This document shows positions 60,662-64,000 of a stretch of DNA of 64,000 nt, in pieces (position 1 is the first letter of the stretch; every line of letters begins with the position of its first letter). The notes under the pieces are model-generated. The model was given only the letters and a program-made list of their open reading frames with translations, made no database searches and had not been told where the DNA came from. Both the position numbers and the translations under genes were made by a program. The stretch comes from an uncultured bacterium. GTDB taxonomy: Bacteria > Acidobacteriota > HRBIN11 > JAKEFK01. Where the stretch lies: contig CAVZQN010000008.1 in assembly GCA_963777505.1 (NCBI GenBank), positions 79,910-143,909 on the forward strand, in the 5' to 3' direction.

Positions 60662-61742
60662 TGTGATGCGTCTCGAATTTAGAAAACAAAGGCAGGATTT
60701 TCTCGTTGTTGTAGGAATCGCAGCAGCGGTTGTACTTTGCTTCCTGGCAGAAGCTGTTTACAGAAATCGAAATCTTGGTGAAGTATTAAAAGATGTTTTC
60801 GCAATACTGACCGTGGGCTTTGTTATTGTACTGGCTCTAACGGGAGCAACTTCTGCACGCAATTTAAGAAATGAACCTTACAAGAGTGCCGAAGAAGCTT
60901 TACCCTTTTCTTCAGCTCAAAAAACTTTAGGTGCATATCTTGTTAACGTTCTGTATCTGTTAGCGGGAAGTTCCCTCTTTTTACTCGGCGCCTACACATT
61001 CGGCTCATCAAAAAATTTAAGTTGGATGCAGCCGGCTCTTTCTATTTTGCTAATCATTCATTTCCATATGCTCTGTTTTATATTTGCCTACTGGTTGAAT
61101 CACAATGTTCTGGCAATCGTAATCGCTGCACTCATCGTTTGGTTTGAAAGAGTTTTCGTTCTGCAAAGATCTTTTTTCCTGCTGTTTCTTCACAATCCAT
61201 ACGTGTCGGAAGCCGAGCCTATTCAAACTTTGTGGTCGACTACTTCTTTTATTCTGAGCTTCGTTGGAGGACTCGTCGCGCTGGCACTGATTTCTACACG
61301 AATTGAAAGACAACAACGGCTTCGGTGGATCCCTGGATTTGTTGCCTCTGTGATATTGATTTCCGGAGGCATTCTTTTTTTTCTAGATTTGCTTGGAACG
61401 TCTTACAAAGCTCAAACCAGGCTAGTGGAAGGAAATTATTATTATTTGGTTAATGAATATTTGACTCCGCCATCGGAACTAACCGAGAACAGTGGGCTTT
61501 ACCTTAGTACTCATACGGGAAATATGCTGCATATCACCCCCGAGCGCCGAAATGTGTTGCGGAAAGTTCCACTAACTCTACTTAATTTGCTTTCAAAACC
61601 AAAAGAGCTTGATGTGATCACTGCACATAAAGACTCTAATACAGGGGAATTCTGGGCAATTATTCGCAATGATGAAACAGACGGAAAGGACTTCGGAATT
61701 TGGAGATCAACCAAAGGTGAGAAGTTAGATACTTCACAGTGA
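60651..61742 (+). CDS. ABC-2-like membrane permease component
   Basis: Six or more TM segments followed by a soluble C-terminal region. The downstream ORF may be a frameshifted continuation. Confidence 0.5.
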   Translation: MLANVMRLEFRKQRQDFLVVVGIAAAVVLCFLAEAVYRNRNLGEVLKDVFAILTVGFVIVLALTGATSARNLRNEPYKSAEEALPFSSAQKTLGAYLVNVLYLLAGSSLFLLGAYTFGSSKNLSWMQPALSILLIIHFHMLCFIFAYWLNHNVLAIVIAALIVWFERVFVLQRSFFLLFLHNPYVSEAEPIQTLWSTTSFILSFVGGLVALALISTRIERQQRLRWIPGFVASVILISGGILFFLDLLGTSYKAQTRLVEGNYYYLVNEYLTPPSELTENSGLYLSTHTGNMLHITPERRNVLRKVPLTLLNLLSKPKELDVITAHKDSNTGEFWAIIRNDETDGKDFGIWRSTKGEKLDTSQ

Positions 61743-62598
61743 GTTTGCTTCAAAGGGAGTATGGCCATCTTATTTTATCGACTGCGGCACAAAGAAGTGC
61801 ATATACGGATATACGCCAACGAAGATTGCACGTGCGACTCTTGCAGAGAGCGGATTAAGTGAGTGGCAATTCTTTCCAAGGGATCCTGAACGTGGCTTTC
61901 TTGGAGAAATTCGAAATATTTTGTTTAAGGAGAAGCTGGAAAGTGGCAAAGTTGCTTCGCTATCTCCAGACAAAAAGATTCTGTCACGGCAACTATCTGA
62001 TGGAACTGTTCAAAAATGGTCCCTTCCGGGAACAGGTGAGCTCTATTCATTTATGGCAACAAGTTTGCCCCCCGCATTTTACAAAAATAACCAACCTTAT
62101 TTTGTATTGCCTGTTTCTGATGAAAAGAATGTTGCCCTTTACGTCTGCAATGTGGATGGTTCGATTACGCGTCTAGGCACCAAGAGCTGGACGAATAATC
62201 ATCGATTCACGGGGGAAAGCGTTCCGGGTGGAGGATCTGCCTGGGTGATAAGAGATTTAGTTACTTGGAAAGCAAAAGAAGTTTTATTCCTATCAGAAAC
62301 CGGAATTGTATATCCGCCTTTCAAAATACAAACAACTCCTGAATATTCATATTTTGTAAATATCGTTAAAAAAGAAAACGAAGTGTTATGGATTTTAACG
62401 GGAGAGAATCTTTCAAAAATTCATTTAGGAACTGGACAGACTTTGCAGAAGTTTGATTTAAATTTAGAAAGTGAAAAATATTTTGAAAATATTTTTCGCA
62501 GCAGAACAAAGGAAGGGGTCTATTTCGTCAAAGACGAACGGATTTGTTTGATTGATTGGAACGGAAAGATCAGCGATTTAGGTCCGGACAGTTTGTAG
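61729..62598 (+). CDS. extracytoplasmic domain protein without a canonical start (possible frameshifted C-terminus of the permease)
   Basis: ORF track 61921..62598 starts at TTG. The same frame is open and protein-like back to 61729 (EFASKGVWPSYFIDCGTKKCIYGYTPTK...) with no ATG/GTG/TTG. Confidence 0.4.
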   Translation: MLHSEFASKGVWPSYFIDCGTKKCIYGYTPTKIARATLAESGLSEWQFFPRDPERGFLGEIRNILFKEKLESGKVASLSPDKKILSRQLSDGTVQKWSLPGTGELYSFMATSLPPAFYKNNQPYFVLPVSDEKNVALYVCNVDGSITRLGTKSWTNNHRFTGESVPGGGSAWVIRDLVTWKAKEVLFLSETGIVYPPFKIQTTPEYSYFVNIVKKENEVLWILTGENLSKIHLGTGQTLQKFDLNLESEKYFENIFRSRTKEGVYFVKDERICLIDWNGKISDLGPDSL

Positions 62599-62625
62599 AC
62601 TGCAATACTTCCCGGGTTGTACAAA

Positions 62626-62656
62626 GCCGCCTCCGCACCTTCACACCGGGGGCGGC
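62626..62656. terminator. GC hairpin GCCGCCTCCG-N10-CCGGGGGCGGC
   Basis: Read directly. 10-bp stem with one mismatch. Confidence 0.35.
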
Positions 62657-62696
62657 ATTACAATCTTACGAAGGCTTCCGAAGTACAATCAACGAT

Positions 62697-63500
62697 GTGG
62701 AAACATTTCTCTATATCATCCTCTTTTCTGTTTTCGGTCTGTTCATCCTTCTAATCATTGGAGCGTGGCTTCATTCCCGCTGGACAGAGTTTTTAGAGAA
62801 AATAGTTCTAAAACGAACTGGCCGAAGAAATTCAAGTTCTACCAAAAAGACAAAAGAGCAAGAATTATTACCTTCACAATTCCACGATGTCAGTGCAGAT
62901 CTGGCACCAATAGTTCTCGCGATTTATGACAGCGTCAAACGATACAAGGATCTTTCCTTGACCAACATAAATAAACACTATTACTTCATCGCCCGGTCAA
63001 AACGTTATGAACTTAGAATTACACTTTCTCCTGCTGATTCCAAAAATTACTTTCTGAACGCAGTTTTAGAAGGCGGACATCCCCACGAATTCACAGTAGA
63101 GCAATCAAAGTTTAGAAATAAGAGTTTAGAGATCTCTGAAAGTGATATTGCATCATTTTTAGAAGCACTTTCATTTTTTTCAAAAGTAGTAGCCAAACCT
63201 GGAATTCTCAGCGCAGATCGAACTTTGCAACTGGATACTTCGATGGAGAATTGGCCTCAAGTATTGTCAGCCTTCATTCGCCTTGGACGATTCTTAATGG
63301 ATACTGAGGTTCGCCAAAAAATTCTGGAAGCTGCCGATGTTCTGTGTCCGTATTGTCGTGGTGAGTTCACAACAAAAGATGACACCGTTTCTTGCCGCGA
63401 GTGCAATACACGACATCATAAAGAGTGTTGGGAAGAAGTGGGACGTTGTTCAGTATTCGGCTGCCGTAGCAAATCTGAAATTGTAATTACGCAGAGTTAG
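62697..63500 (+). CDS. membrane-anchored protein with C-terminal Cys-rich zinc-ribbon-like domain
   Basis: GTG start with an N-terminal TM segment (ETFLYIILFSVFGLFILLIIGAW). The C-terminus is CPYCRGEF...CRECNTRHHKECW...CSVFGC. The ORF track's N-terminal extension contains the hairpin at 62626-62656. Confidence 0.45.
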   Translation: METFLYIILFSVFGLFILLIIGAWLHSRWTEFLEKIVLKRTGRRNSSSTKKTKEQELLPSQFHDVSADLAPIVLAIYDSVKRYKDLSLTNINKHYYFIARSKRYELRITLSPADSKNYFLNAVLEGGHPHEFTVEQSKFRNKSLEISESDIASFLEALSFFSKVVAKPGILSADRTLQLDTSMENWPQVLSAFIRLGRFLMDTEVRQKILEAADVLCPYCRGEFTTKDDTVSCRECNTRHHKECWEEVGRCSVFGCRSKSEIVITQS

Positions 63501-63507
63501 AAAGAGA

Positions 63508-63529
63508 GGGCGGGTCTAATGACCCGCCC
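63508..63529. terminator. perfect hairpin GGGCGGGTC-taat-GACCCGCCC between convergent genes
   Basis: 9-bp GC stem. Same family as the elements at 654-677 and 14533-14553. Confidence 0.6.
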
Positions 63530-63543
63530 CTACCAATCAAAAC

Positions 63544-64000
63544 TTATTGTTGCGTGATTCTTACATCATCCACACCAGCTTCTACAAGACTTGCAGTACT
63601 TGCGTCTGCTGCTTCGATTCGGATTCTAACAGTTTGACCAGCAAAAGCACTGATGTTGGCTGATCCTGTAATCCATGCTCCATTGTCATTTTCAGTTCCG
63701 CCTAACTCTTGCAAGACTTGTTGAGTCGTTGATCCAACCACAAAGACGCGGAAGAAATCCGCTGTTGAGCTGTTGGTTCCATGAGCGAGGTAATAACTGA
63801 ACGACAATGTCAGCGTTCCAGATGAAGGCAACACAATAGGCGGAGATTGAATTGAAGTGACACCACTATCGATATCAAAATCGCCTGCTGCAGTTCCTGC
63901 GGCAGCGCCAGTGACCAGATCATTAACACCACTAACAGTTGTTCCAAGCTGTTTGGTTCCACTTGAAGTGGTTTGCTGCGGGTCACCACGTTGCCACTGA
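63544..64000 (-). CDS. secreted/surface protein, C-terminal beta-sandwich-like domain (partial; start beyond window end)
   Basis: The minus frame is open from the window end to TAA at 63544-63546. The track ORF 63544..63834 is its C-terminus, starting at TTG. Confidence 0.45.
   Translation of the reverse strand, partial: QWQRGDPQQTTSSGTKQLGTTVSGVNDLVTGAAAGTAAGDFDIDSGVTSIQSPPIVLPSSGTLTLSFSYYLAHGTNSSTADFFRVFVVGSTTQQVLQELGGTENDNGAWITGSANISAFAGQTVRIRIEAADASTASLVEAGVDDVRITQQ

Noticed and set aside
62556-62696. N-terminal 47 codons of ORF 62556..63500
   Set aside because: This segment contains a GC hairpin (62626-62656) after the upstream gene's stop. The membrane-anchor sequence begins at GTG 62697.

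Overview
A 64 kb chromosomal window from a Shine-Dalgarno-using bacterium, probably a diderm. Inference: the many MacB/FtsX-type permeases and PKD/beta-propeller surface proteins, together with envelope genes (SurA-like chaperone, Wzm/Wzt, RfaE), suggest an Acidobacteriota-like organism. The core is a complete, intact division/cell-wall (dcw) cluster on the + strand, mraZ-rsmH-ftsL-ftsI-murE-murF-mraY-murD-ftsW-murG-murC-murB-ftsQ-ftsA-ftsZ (3996-21266), with no ddl. It is preceded by a textbook sigma70 promoter and is punctuated by GC-rich stem-loops. The flanks carry housekeeping genes: queC, fmt, cca, mfd, rfaE, an M19 dipeptidase, a DnaE2-like polymerase, and Wzm/Wzt polysaccharide ABC export. 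There is an orphan nuoJ-nuoK-nuoN module bracketed by an IscR-like Rrf2 regulator and an IscU-like protein. Several accessory envelope/surface genes appear disrupted by single-base frameshifts while every housekeeping gene is intact: a PQQ-dehydrogenase/PKD protein, a Gly/Ala-rich low-complexity protein, a MacB-like permease, a PKD lipoprotein, and an ABC permease with an extracellular-domain ORF. Other notable signals are listed below. (1) A perfect sigma54 -24/-12 promoter upstream of the Gly/Ala-rich gene. (2) A degenerate sigma54-activator-like protein lacking GAFTGA. (3) A perfect 20-bp palindromic operator overlapping the promoter of a YtrA-type GntR regulator and its ABC transporter operon. 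(4) An exact 25-nt intergenic repeat at two distant sites. (5) A family of GGGCGGGTC...GACCCGCCC hairpins. (6) An inverted array of heptamer repeats between wzt and rfaE. No rRNA, tRNA, CRISPR or obvious mobile element was seen.
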